From NCBI GenBank assembly GCA_038237665.1, contig JBBRYK010000006.1, positions 4,907 through 68,906 of the forward strand: a stretch of 64,000 nt of DNA, written 5' to 3'. The notes below the pieces were generated by a model. It was given only the letters and a program-made list of their open reading frames with translations, was not told the DNA's origin and did no database searches. Made by a program: the position numbers and the translations under genes. The stretch comes from Gaiellales bacterium. Lineage in GTDB: Bacteria; Actinomycetota; Thermoleophilia; Gaiellales; Gaiellaceae. Each line of letters starts with the position of its first letter. Positions within the stretch are counted from its first letter, which is position 1. Below, in pieces: positions 26,458-34,826 of this stretch.

Positions 26458-26977
26458 TTCGCCGGCCTGACGGGCCTGCGGCCCGAGGAGTGGATCGCGC
26501 TCGAACGCGGCGACGTCGACAGGGCCGCTGGCGTCGTCCATGTACGCCGCGTCTACACGGACGGTCGGGTCAAACCGTTCGGCAAGCAGGAGCGGTCGCT
26601 AACGCGCTGTCCCTCTTCCGTCCCGTGCGGCCCATGCGCTCGACGCGATGCCGCCACGGATCGACACTCGGCTTCTCTTCCCCGGCGACCGCGGCGGCCA
26701 CCTGAACCTGCACAACTGGCGGGCCGACCACTCGACGCCAGCCGTCAAAGCCGCCGGCCTCGAACACCGCACCCCCTACGCCCTGCGACACACGTTCGCG
26801 ACATTCGGGATCGCCGCTGGCGTTTCCCTGTTCGAGCTCGCCCGGTTCCTGGGGACCAGCGCCGAGCAGATCGACAAGACCTACGGGCACCTGCTCCCGG
26901 ACGCCCTCAACCGGACGCGTGGCGCGCTCGACACCTTCCTCGCGGAGCCTTCCGAAAAGGTAACCCGGGATGCTTAG
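26458..26977 (+). pseudogene. tyrosine recombinase (phage-integrase family) remnant: catalytic domain only, frameshifted
   Basis: Frame A: FAGLTGLRPEEWIALERGDVD...GKQERSLT. After a shift near 26590-26600, frame B: RAVPLPSRAAHALDAMPPRIDTRLLFPG...YALRHTFATFGIAAGV...GTSAEQIDKTYGHL (R..HxxR..Y catalytic pattern). No N-terminal core-binding or arm domain is present. Confidence 0.75.
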
Positions 26978-27026
26978 ACCTACCTGCGGATCATCATCGT
27001 TTGGGCCACGGTTTGGGCCAGAAAAC

Positions 27027-27055
27027 CATCGGGGCGCCGAGATTTGAACTCGGGA
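27027..27055 (-). repeat. proximal att copy (inside and just 3' of tRNA-Pro)
   Basis: Identical 29-mer to 1089-1117. Confidence 0.8.
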
Positions 27056-27103
27056 CCTCTAGTCCCCCAGACTAGCGCGCTAACCAGGCTGCGCCACGCC
27101 CCG
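27029..27103 (-). tRNA. tRNA-Pro (anticodon GGG)
   Basis: Hand-folded cloverleaf: CGGGGCG-TG-GCGC-AGCCTGGTTA-GCGC-G-CTAGT-CTGGGGG-ACTAG-AGGTC-CCGAG-TTCAAAT-CTCGG-CGCCCCG-A. All four stems pair perfectly. The 3' CCA is not encoded (next bases are TGG). Confidence 0.9.
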
Positions 27104-27171
27104 TCGGCGAGCACTGTAGCGCCTCACGCGGCGCGAGCTTCGGCGGCAGCTACGAAGTCACCACCGCGTCT

Positions 27172-27849
27172 TCACTGGATCCTCAGGCCTTGGATCCCCG
27201 GTTCCGGGCTCGGCAGCTGCGGGTCGATCCGCTCGAGAGCGTCCACCAGGAGGATCGCGGTGGCCAGACTCTTCGTCCAGTTGCTGTCTGCGGGCACCAC
27301 GTACCAAGGCGCCCAGTCGGTGGACGTCGCCTCAATGACCTCCTCCCAGGCTTTCAGGTACTCGTCGAAGCGTTCGCGCACCTTCAGGTCGTCGAGCCGG
27401 AACTTCCAGCGCTTCTCCGGATCGTCGATGCGCTCCTGGAGGCGCTTGCGCTGCTCCTCCTTCGAGACGTTCAGGAAGACCTTGACCAGCGACGTTCCCT
27501 CGTCGGTCAGCATCCGCTCCCAGTCGCAGCCACAGGTAGTCGTGCGCAAGCTCGGTCGAGGTTGGCGCCCGAAACGAGGTCACTCGGCAGCCTTGTGGAT
27601 TGACTCCGGTGAGCACGGCCCGGATCACGCCGTCCTTGCCGGATGCGTCGAGGCCTTGCAGCACGAGTAGAACGCTGTGCTTGCCTCGGCGAACAGCCGT
27701 GTCTGGATGACATCGAGCCGATCGTGGAGCTGGCCAAGGCGCTTGTGGGCCGCCTCCTTGCCTTCGATCCCGAGCGTGTCGCGCGGATCGCGCTCCAGGA
27801 GCTGAACCTTTGAGCCCGGAGCTACCCGCAGCGCCTCGATCTCCAGCAT
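27172..27849 (-). pseudogene. polyphosphate kinase 2 (PPK2) pseudogene
   Basis: Three frames carry consecutive PPK2 pieces: MLEIEALRVAPGSKVQLLERDP...LFAEA / LQGLDASGKDGVIRAVLTGVNPQGCRVTSFRAPTSTELAHDYLW / WERMLTDEGTSLVKVFLNVSKEEQRKRLQERIDDPEKRWKF...APWYVVPADSNW. There is a frameshift near 27660 and an out-of-frame internal deletion near 27530; the FNRSHYED segment is missing. Confidence 0.75.
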
Positions 27850-27870
27850 CGAAGCCCCTTGCCGGAGGTG

Positions 27871-28176
27871 CTACTTCTTCGAGCCGAGCTGGCGGTAGAG
27901 GCGGTCGACGAGCTTCGGCATCGACTCGAGCCGCCGCGTGATGACCCGCACCCTGTACTCGAGGAAGTGCTCCGGCTCGACCTTGAGCGCCTTCGCCAGG
28001 GCCTTCATGTGCTCCGTCGACGGCACCGGCCGGTTGCCGTGGACGACATGGTTCAGATAGCCGGCCGACAGTCCGGTCTTTTCGGCCAGGGCGCGGTACG
28101 TCACGCCCGTCTCCGCCATCAGCCGGCGGATGGTCGGGCCGAAAGGCTCCTCGCTGAACCGCCGCCTTCGTGCCAT
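27871..28176 (-). CDS. XRE-family helix-turn-helix transcriptional regulator
   Basis: 101 aa from MARRRRFSEEPFGPTIRRLMAETGVTYRALAEKTGLSAGYLNHVVHGNRPV. The start shares 1 nt with the proS stop (TGATG). Confidence 0.75.
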   Translation of the reverse strand: MARRRRFSEEPFGPTIRRLMAETGVTYRALAEKTGLSAGYLNHVVHGNRPVPSTEHMKALAKALKVEPEHFLEYRVRVITRRLESMPKLVDRLYRQLGSKK

Positions 28177-29861
28177 CAGAGCATCTCCTTCACGCGTGTC
28201 GCGATCTCGTTGGCCGGCACCCGTACTTGTTCGCCCGATGCCCGCAGGAGCATATCGAGGCTGCCGTCCTCGAGCGTCTTCTTGCCGACCGTAAGCCTGA
28301 TCGGGCACCCGATCAAGTCGGCGTCGTTGAACTTCTCTCCGGGACGCAGGTCACGGTCGTCGAGCAGCACCTCGATCCCTGCCTCGTCGAGCGACCGGGC
28401 CGCCTCCTCCGCCAGCTCGAGCACACCCTCCGCCGTCGCGGCCAGCGCGACGACGTGCACCTGGTACGGCGCGATCGCCGCCGGCCACTTGATCCCCTGC
28501 TCGTCGTGGGACTGCTCGACGACGGCCGCCATCACGCGACCCGGGCCGATGCCGTAGCTGCCACCGAGCAGCGGCCGCTCCTGTCCGTCCTCGTCCACGA
28601 AGGTCGCGCCCAACGGCTTCGAGTAACGGTCGCCGAAGTTGAAGATGTGGCCGATCTCGATCGCCGTGCGGAACTGGAGGGCTCCGCCGCACTCCGGGCA
28701 GAGGTCGCCCTCGACCGGTTCGCGAATGTCGGCGAAACGCGGCTCGTAGTCCCGGCCCGCCTCGACGCCGCGGAGGTGCCAGCCGTCCCGGTTCGCGCCC
28801 GCGACGAACTGTCCCCCGCGCAGAGCCTCGTCTGCGACCACCTCGAGCTCGACGCCCACCGGCCCGAGCGACCCGCCCGAGGCGCCGAACGCAGCCCGGA
28901 TCTCCTCATCCGTGGCGGGACGAGAGGCCGAGCTCAGCACACCCACCAGCTTCGACTCGCTCAGCCGGTCGTCGCCGCGAATCAGCGCCAGAACCAGCGC
29001 CCCGTCGTCCTTCACGACCGGCATCGCCTTGGAGGTCGCCGTGGCGTCGATCCCGAGGAACTGGGCCAGGCCCTCGATCGTCGTCACGTCCGGCGTCTCC
29101 ACCTCCTCCGGCGCCGTGAGCGGCTCGGGAAACTCGGGCGCGCGCGGGATCGCCCTGGCGATCTCCAGATCGGCGGCGAAGTCGCCGTTCTCGCACACGA
29201 CCAGAGTGTTTTCTCCGGAGCCGGAGGGCGCCAGGAAGTCGACGCTGTATTTCCCGCCCATGATCCCGCTCTCGGCCTGCACCGCGTGCGCCTCGACGCC
29301 ACAGCGCGCGAACATGCGGTCGTAAGCGTCGCGGTGGAGCTCGAAGCTCCGCTTCACGCCTTCCTCGTCCCGATCGAACGAGTAGGCGTCTTTCATGATG
29401 AACTCGCGGACCCGCAGCAGGCCTCCGCGCGGCCGGGGCTCGTCGCGGTCCTTGACCGCGAAGTGGTACCAGATCTGCGGCAGCTCCTTGTACGACTGGA
29501 TCTCGCGCGCGTGGAACGTGAACGTCTCCTCGTGGGTCATCGGGAGGATGAAGTGCCGGCCGTTGCGGTCGGTCAGGTGAAAGATCTCCGGAATCGACGC
29601 GCGCCCGGTCGCCTCCCAGAGCTCGACCGGCGTCAGCAGCGGGCAGAGGAATTCCTGCCCGCCGATCGCGTCCATCTCCTCGCGGATGATCTGCTCGATC
29701 TTGCGGTGCACGCGCCAGCCCAGCGGCAGGAACGACCACACGCCGGCGCTCACCTGCCTGATGAAACCGCCCCGTACGAGCAGCTTGTGGCTGGCCGCCT
29801 CGGCGTCGGCCGGCGGGTCGCGCAGGGTCGGGAGAAAGAGCTTTGAAGCCCGGGCAATCAT
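28176..29861 (-). CDS. proS: prolyl-tRNA synthetase
   Basis: 561 aa: SKLFLPTLRD.P.DAE..SH.LL.R.G.IRQ..AG, class II motifs and an editing-domain insert. Confidence 0.95.
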   Translation of the reverse strand: MIARASKLFLPTLRDPPADAEAASHKLLVRGGFIRQVSAGVWSFLPLGWRVHRKIEQIIREEMDAIGGQEFLCPLLTPVELWEATGRASIPEIFHLTDRNGRHFILPMTHEETFTFHAREIQSYKELPQIWYHFAVKDRDEPRPRGGLLRVREFIMKDAYSFDRDEEGVKRSFELHRDAYDRMFARCGVEAHAVQAESGIMGGKYSVDFLAPSGSGENTLVVCENGDFAADLEIARAIPRAPEFPEPLTAPEEVETPDVTTIEGLAQFLGIDATATSKAMPVVKDDGALVLALIRGDDRLSESKLVGVLSSASRPATDEEIRAAFGASGGSLGPVGVELEVVADEALRGGQFVAGANRDGWHLRGVEAGRDYEPRFADIREPVEGDLCPECGGALQFRTAIEIGHIFNFGDRYSKPLGATFVDEDGQERPLLGGSYGIGPGRVMAAVVEQSHDEQGIKWPAAIAPYQVHVVALAATAEGVLELAEEAARSLDEAGIEVLLDDRDLRPGEKFNDADLIGCPIRLTVGKKTLEDGSLDMLLRASGEQVRVPANEIATRVKEML

Positions 29862-29876
29862 CGTTGTCCCGGCAGG

Positions 29877-31010
29877 CTACTCCAGCGGGATGAGCGAAGC
29901 CTCGGCCATGGCCAGGGCTGCAGGCTTGGCCATCTTGAGGCGTGTTGGGCGGTGCATCCCATCGGCGATCCAGCGGTCGATCTCGTGGAAGAGCTCTTCG
30001 ATCAGGATGTCGGAGGAGACCTTCTTCAGCACCCGGCCGTGTGCGTACACGAAGCCGACGTCGCGCCCGCCGGCGATCCCGAAGTCGGCATCGCCTGCCT
30101 CTCCAGGGCCGTTCACTGCACAGCCGAGCACGGCGACCTCGAAGTGCTGCGGGTAGTCGCGGAGCCGCTGCTCGACCTTGACCGCGAGCTTCTCGACGCC
30201 GACGTTGTCGCGGCCGCAGGACGGGCAGGCGATCATGACCGGGCCGCGCTCCCGCAGGCCCAGCGCCTTGAGAATCTCGTAGGCGGTCTTGATTTCCTCG
30301 ACCGGGTCGGCGGTCAAGGAGACGCGAATCGTGTCGCCGATCCCGTCCACGAGCAGCGCGCCCATGCCGACCGCGGACTTGATCGAGCCGGAGAACGGCA
30401 TTCCCGCCTCGGTCACCCCCAGGTGCAGCGGGTAGGGCACCTTCGCGGAGAGCTTCCGGTAGGCGCGGATCATCGTCGGCACGTGGCTCGACTTGACCGA
30501 GATCTTGAAGTCGTGGAAGTCGAGCTTCTCCAGCAGCTCGACCTCCTCGATCGCCGCGGCGACGAGGGCGTCGGCCTGGTCCTGCTGGGCCAGTGCGTGC
30601 AGGTGCTTGGGGAGCGAGCCCGAGTTGGCTCCGATCCGCATCGGGATCCCGGCCTTCTTCGCCGCCTTCACCACCAGCTCGACCTTGTCGGGGCCGCCGA
30701 TGTTGCCCGGGTTGATGCGAACGGCCGCGACGCCGGCGTCGATCGCCTTCAGTGCCAGGCTGGCGTTGAAGTGGATATCCGCGATCACCGGGATCGGCGA
30801 AAAGCGCACGATCTTCCGCAGCGCCTCGGCGTCCTCGGTCTTGGGCACGGCGCAGCGGACGACCTCGCAACCGGCGGAGGCAAGCGCGGCGATCTGTGCC
30901 GTCGTCGCCTCCACATCATGCGTCAGGGTCAGCGTCATCGACTGGACGACGACGGGCGCTCCGCCGCCGATCCTGACGTTGCCCACGCTTATTTCACGCT
31001 CGCTCGGCAT
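29877..31010 (-). CDS. ispG: 4-hydroxy-3-methylbut-2-en-1-yl diphosphate synthase
   Basis: 377 aa: VRIGGGAPVVVQSMT, RINPGNIG, CPSCGR and GCAVNGPGE cluster-binding motifs. Confidence 0.95.
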   Translation of the reverse strand: MPSEREISVGNVRIGGGAPVVVQSMTLTLTHDVEATTAQIAALASAGCEVVRCAVPKTEDAEALRKIVRFSPIPVIADIHFNASLALKAIDAGVAAVRINPGNIGGPDKVELVVKAAKKAGIPMRIGANSGSLPKHLHALAQQDQADALVAAAIEEVELLEKLDFHDFKISVKSSHVPTMIRAYRKLSAKVPYPLHLGVTEAGMPFSGSIKSAVGMGALLVDGIGDTIRVSLTADPVEEIKTAYEILKALGLRERGPVMIACPSCGRDNVGVEKLAVKVEQRLRDYPQHFEVAVLGCAVNGPGEAGDADFGIAGGRDVGFVYAHGRVLKKVSSDILIEELFHEIDRWIADGMHRPTRLKMAKPAALAMAEASLIPLE

Positions 31011-31067
31011 GAGCTCGATTGTAGTCCGGGCCCGTGGAAGCGACGAGGTCTGGCTGAGTCGGCGCAG

Positions 31068-31916
31068 CTAGCTCGGCCGCAAACGGTTCGGACCCGCGAG
31101 CGTAAAGCGGACGATAGCGCGGCTGCGCGCGGAGCCGAAGACGCCTGTGGCCTCAGCAATGTAGCGTCCTGCCGGCAGCTGCTTGAAGAGCTCGGCCATG
31201 ACGTCGCGCGAGTAACCGGGCAGCACTACGCCAGTCCTCGGCGCCGTCGAGAAGACGATTCGGCCGCCGCGGTCGCGGACGTTCAGACGCAGCGCGGACA
31301 GGTAGCCGTGCACCCTGCCGGTGTTACGCACGAGCGTGAGGAAGCGGAGCCGGCTCGGGCCGGCCTGAAAAACCCTCACCGCCTCGATGCGGCCGCGGGG
31401 GGCCGGGGCGCGCACGCCGGGAATGAGCAGCGCGCCGAGCAGGCGCAACCGGTACGGTGGCGCGCGGCCCGCCGGAAGGTTCGGGACCGCCTCGACCACG
31501 GCGGCACCGACGGCCTCACCGGCCGGCACGGGCCGGAGCAGCCGCGCTCGAACGGTCGCTGTTCCGCCCGGGCGGAGGAGGAGAGTACGCGGGGCTAGTG
31601 CGAACCGGCGCGCTGCGGCCTGGAGCTCCGCCCGTCGCTCGCGGATTGTCAGACCTCCATCGAGCGTCTGGCGGACGAGCGCAGGGTAGATCCGGATGCG
31701 GAAGCGAACGTTCGTCCCGTTCGCAACCGTAATCGAAGGGAGTTCGCCCTCCGGCCCGGCGACGGTGTCGATGATCGCGGGCGAGATCGTGAGCGTCCCG
31801 CCGCCCGCCCTGCCCGCAGCCATCGCCGGTCGGCCGGAGACAAGTAGGAGGCACACCAGCGAGACCGAAACGAGCCCGGCAGCCACCGCGCGGCGGGAGC
31901 AGCCCCTGAGTCTCAC
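31068..31916 (-). CDS. secreted two-domain (Ig-like) protein, DUF916/DUF3324-like candidate
   Basis: 282 aa from GTG, 1 nt after the upstream TAG. Signal peptide AVAAGLVSVSLVCLLLVSGRPAMA, then two beta-rich halves (TLTISPAIID...ITVANGTNVRFRIRIYP; RLRFLTLVRNTGRVHGYL...LPAGRYIAE). Confidence 0.65.
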   Translation of the reverse strand: MRLRGCSRRAVAAGLVSVSLVCLLLVSGRPAMAAGRAGGGTLTISPAIIDTVAGPEGELPSITVANGTNVRFRIRIYPALVRQTLDGGLTIRERRAELQAAARRFALAPRTLLLRPGGTATVRARLLRPVPAGEAVGAAVVEAVPNLPAGRAPPYRLRLLGALLIPGVRAPAPRGRIEAVRVFQAGPSRLRFLTLVRNTGRVHGYLSALRLNVRDRGGRIVFSTAPRTGVVLPGYSRDVMAELFKQLPAGRYIAEATGVFGSARSRAIVRFTLAGPNRLRPS

Positions 31917-31917
31917 G

Positions 31918-32415
31918 CTACGTGGCCGAGACCGTCCAGGTGACCGTGAGCCCGTAGACGGAGCCCGCCGCGAGCTGCTCGGTCGCTCCGATCGGCTGCG
32001 AGTAGCTGACGCTGACCGAGTCGGAGAGCGTGCCCGAGGCGGCGACCGCGGCGGAACCACTCAGCGTCCCGCTGCCGCCGATGCCACCGAGCGTGGGCGA
32101 CGTCGACCAATCGAGCGCCTGCGCGAGCGCGGTGGCCCCACTCGAACCCGTTGTGCGCAGCAGATGTCCTGGATTCGTGACCGAGGCATCCTGGATGCGC
32201 AGCTTCCACGTCGGTCCGGTGGATGTGACGGTGACCGCCCCGGTGCCGGTCGCTGTCTGGCCCGGCGAGAAGTTCGTGAGCACGACCGGCCCCGAAGAGG
32301 CGATGCCGAGCACGGAGGCCGTCGTTCCGGAAACGGGCTGGGTGTCGGCCCGCACCGCGGCGGGCGCCGCGAGAGCAGCCGCTGCCAGACCAAGAGCTAG
32401 GAGAAGCCGCGTCAT
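31918..32415 (-). CDS. secreted WxL-domain-like surface protein
   Basis: 165 aa from MTRLLLALGLAAAALAAPAAVRA (SD GGAGGGAG upstream). Gly/Ser/Thr-rich, with TWKLRIQD and a C-terminal YGLTVTWTVSAT resembling the two WxL motifs. Confidence 0.65.
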   Translation of the reverse strand: MTRLLLALGLAAAALAAPAAVRADTQPVSGTTASVLGIASSGPVVLTNFSPGQTATGTGAVTVTSTGPTWKLRIQDASVTNPGHLLRTTGSSGATALAQALDWSTSPTLGGIGGSGTLSGSAAVAASGTLSDSVSVSYSQPIGATEQLAAGSVYGLTVTWTVSAT

Positions 32416-32492
32416 CCGTTTGTACTCCCTCCATCTCAAGCGCGTTGACCTTATTGATGCCTGCTATCGGCAAGACACCCGAGCAGCTTGAG

Positions 32493-32526
32493 GTGTTACC
32501 TGTAGTAGTTAGTAACACAGTGTTAC
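32493..32526. promoter_or_regulatory. palindromic operator-like site upstream of the WxL-like gene pair
   Basis: GTAACAC-A-GTGTTAC perfect palindrome (32512-32526) plus a third half-site GTGTTAC at 32493-32499, in an AT-richer 120-nt spacer. It could alternatively form a weak hairpin after rseP. Confidence 0.3.
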
Positions 32527-32535
32527 TTGCTCGGC

Positions 32536-33756
32536 CTACCCGCCGGAGAGGCGCCCGATGTCGTTCGAGAGCCCGACGACGAAGAGCAACAGCATGAGCG
32601 CGATGCCGATTGCCGACGCGCGCTCGTACACGGCCCTCCCTACGGCCCGGCCCCGGATGCCTTCGATCAGCGAGAAGACGATGTGCCCGCCGTCTAGCGG
32701 TAGCAGCGGCAAGAGGTTGAACAGGGCCAGAGAAAGGCTGATCAGGCCTAACACCCACATGTAGGCCTGCACCCCCTGGCTGGCCGCGTTGGACGAGGCT
32801 TGGACGATGCCGACCGTGCTCGAGAGCTCCTTGCGCTGGCTCTTGTGGACGAGTCGGACGATCGATTTCGCGATCTCCCGCGTCACGATCCCCGTCAGCT
32901 TGACCGATTGCCAGGCGGCGGCCGGCGCCGACAGGTGCTCACCGCTAAGGCGGAAGCCGAGCCGGTAGGCACCCTCTTCCTTCTGCGCACGAACGGGTCC
33001 GAGCAGCAGCCGGCGCTGGTGCCGCTGGACCGTCAACGTCAGCGGCTTTCCCTTCGAGGCCTGGATGCGAGTCGGGATGTCCGCGGCGACGACGGGCTTA
33101 TGGTCGATCTCGAGGATCCTGTCGCCCGGCTTCAGGCCGATTGCCGAGGCAGGGTGGTTCGGGAGCACGGCGGCGACGGTCGACGTCGCCTTGCCGCCGC
33201 CGAGCATGAACAGCACCGTGAAGAGCACGACGGCGACCAGGACGTTCGTCGCCGGGCCTGCGGCGACGACGGCGACGCGCTTCCACGTCCGCTGCCGCCA
33301 GTACGCCTCCCGGCTGACCGAGTCGGAGATCTCCTGGAGCCCCCGCAGCGCCGCCTCCAGCGCGGCGGTGCTGAGCGGCGCCGCCAGCACGGCTTCGCGC
33401 AGACGCTGGAGCTCCTCCTGCGCGCCCTCCGTATCGACCTCCTCGCCTCCGAGGCGCCGGCGCAGGCGATCGACGGGTCCGACGAGCTCCGGAACCTCGT
33501 GGAGCGCCCGGGTGAAGTGCACCTCGACGTCCTTCGACGCCGGACGATGCATCCCCGGGATCTTCACGTACCCGCCGAGAGGAATCGCCCGAACGGCATA
33601 GACGATCCCGTTGCGCGTCGTCTTCGCCAGCGGAGGGCCGAAGCCGATGTTGAAGCTCCGCGGCTTCATCCCCACCAGCACCGCGGTGAAGAAGTGGCCG
33701 GCCTCGTGGATGAGGATCAGGCCGGCCAGACCCAGGATCGCGACGAAGACGTTCAT
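32536..33756 (-). CDS. rseP: site-2 protease (RIP metalloprotease RseP/Rip1)
   Basis: 406 aa with HEAGHFF zinc motif, a PDZ region and a C-terminal LNLLPLLPLDGGH. Confidence 0.9.
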   Translation of the reverse strand: MNVFVAILGLAGLILIHEAGHFFTAVLVGMKPRSFNIGFGPPLAKTTRNGIVYAVRAIPLGGYVKIPGMHRPASKDVEVHFTRALHEVPELVGPVDRLRRRLGGEEVDTEGAQEELQRLREAVLAAPLSTAALEAALRGLQEISDSVSREAYWRQRTWKRVAVVAAGPATNVLVAVVLFTVLFMLGGGKATSTVAAVLPNHPASAIGLKPGDRILEIDHKPVVAADIPTRIQASKGKPLTLTVQRHQRRLLLGPVRAQKEEGAYRLGFRLSGEHLSAPAAAWQSVKLTGIVTREIAKSIVRLVHKSQRKELSSTVGIVQASSNAASQGVQAYMWVLGLISLSLALFNLLPLLPLDGGHIVFSLIEGIRGRAVGRAVYERASAIGIALMLLLFVVGLSNDIGRLSGG

Positions 33757-34817
33757 CAGGCGACCGGCAGCCGTCCGCCCGCGAGCCGTCGTGCCGAAGC
33801 GTTGGCCTCGAGGAGATCCTCGAGGTCGCGCGCCGGCGCGCCCGCGACCTGGTCGAGCGTTTCCCCGACCGTCTCCGCGATCGCGAGGAACGGCAGGCGT
33901 CCGTCGAGGAAAGCGGCCACGGCCACCTCGTTCGCGGCGTTGAACGCGCAGGGGTACGTTCCGCCGGCCTCGCCCGCGCGCCTCGCCAGCGCGAGGAGCG
34001 GGAACGTCTCGAGATCGGGCGCCTCGAACTCGAGGGTCAGGCCCCCGGCGAGGTCGAGCGGAGGCACGGGTGTGGCGGCCCGATCGGGATAGGTCAGTGC
34101 GAAGGAGATCGGCACACGCATGTCCGGATACCCCACGTGAGCGAGCGCCGAACCGTCGCGGAAGCGGACGAGCGCGTGCACCACGGACGTCGGATGCACC
34201 ACCACCTCGAGCCGCTCGTAGGGGAGCCCGAAGAGGAAGTGGGCCTCGATCAGCTCCAGCCCCTTGTTGGCGAGCGTCGCGGAATCGATCGTGATCTTCG
34301 GGCCCATCTCCCAGGTTGGATGAGCGAGCGCCTCGTCGGGCGTGACGTCTTCGAGCTCATCACGCGTGCGCCCCCGGAACGGGCCGCCGGACGCCGTCAG
34401 CACGAGCGATTCGACCGTCTCCGGATCCCGCTCCTGCAAACTCTGGAAGGCGGCCGAGTGCTCGCTGTCGACCGGGAGCAACCGGCCTCCACCCCGCTTC
34501 CAGGCCGCGAGAGCGAGCTCGCCCGCGGCGACCAGGCTCTCCTTGTTCGCGAGCGCCAGGTCGACGCCGCGCTCGAGCGTCCAGAGCGTCGCCGGGAGGC
34601 CGGCAAAGCCGACCACGGCGTTCAGGACGAGATCGGGCTCCGCCGCATCGAGGAGCTCGGTCAGGTCGCCGCCCACCTGTGTGATCGGGGCGAGATCGTC
34701 GATCGGCTGCGAGCCGGATGCGGCCGCCACGAGCTCGAGCTCGGGGTGCGCCTCGATCACCTGGAGCGCCTGCCGGCCGATCGACCCGGTCGCGCCGAGC
34801 AGGGCGATCCGTTTCAC
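33756..34817 (-). CDS. dxr: 1-deoxy-D-xylulose 5-phosphate reductoisomerase
   Basis: LGATGSIG, LANKESLV, PVDSEHSA and SGGPF motifs; 353 aa. Confidence 0.9.
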   Translation of the reverse strand: MKRIALLGATGSIGRQALQVIEAHPELELVAAASGSQPIDDLAPITQVGGDLTELLDAAEPDLVLNAVVGFAGLPATLWTLERGVDLALANKESLVAAGELALAAWKRGGGRLLPVDSEHSAAFQSLQERDPETVESLVLTASGGPFRGRTRDELEDVTPDEALAHPTWEMGPKITIDSATLANKGLELIEAHFLFGLPYERLEVVVHPTSVVHALVRFRDGSALAHVGYPDMRVPISFALTYPDRAATPVPPLDLAGGLTLEFEAPDLETFPLLALARRAGEAGGTYPCAFNAANEVAVAAFLDGRLPFLAIAETVGETLDQVAGAPARDLEDLLEANASARRLAGGRLPVA

Positions 34818-34826
34818 GCGCGCAGT

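Larger units (their letters stand above)
1089..27055. mobile_element. tRNA-Pro-associated genomic island (~26 kb), probably immobilised
   Basis: Exact 29-nt direct repeats at both ends and an integrase remnant 51 nt from the intact tRNA. An orphan tRNA fragment plus terminator sits at the far end. An internal IS110-like remnant and gene fragments are also present. Confidence 0.7.
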
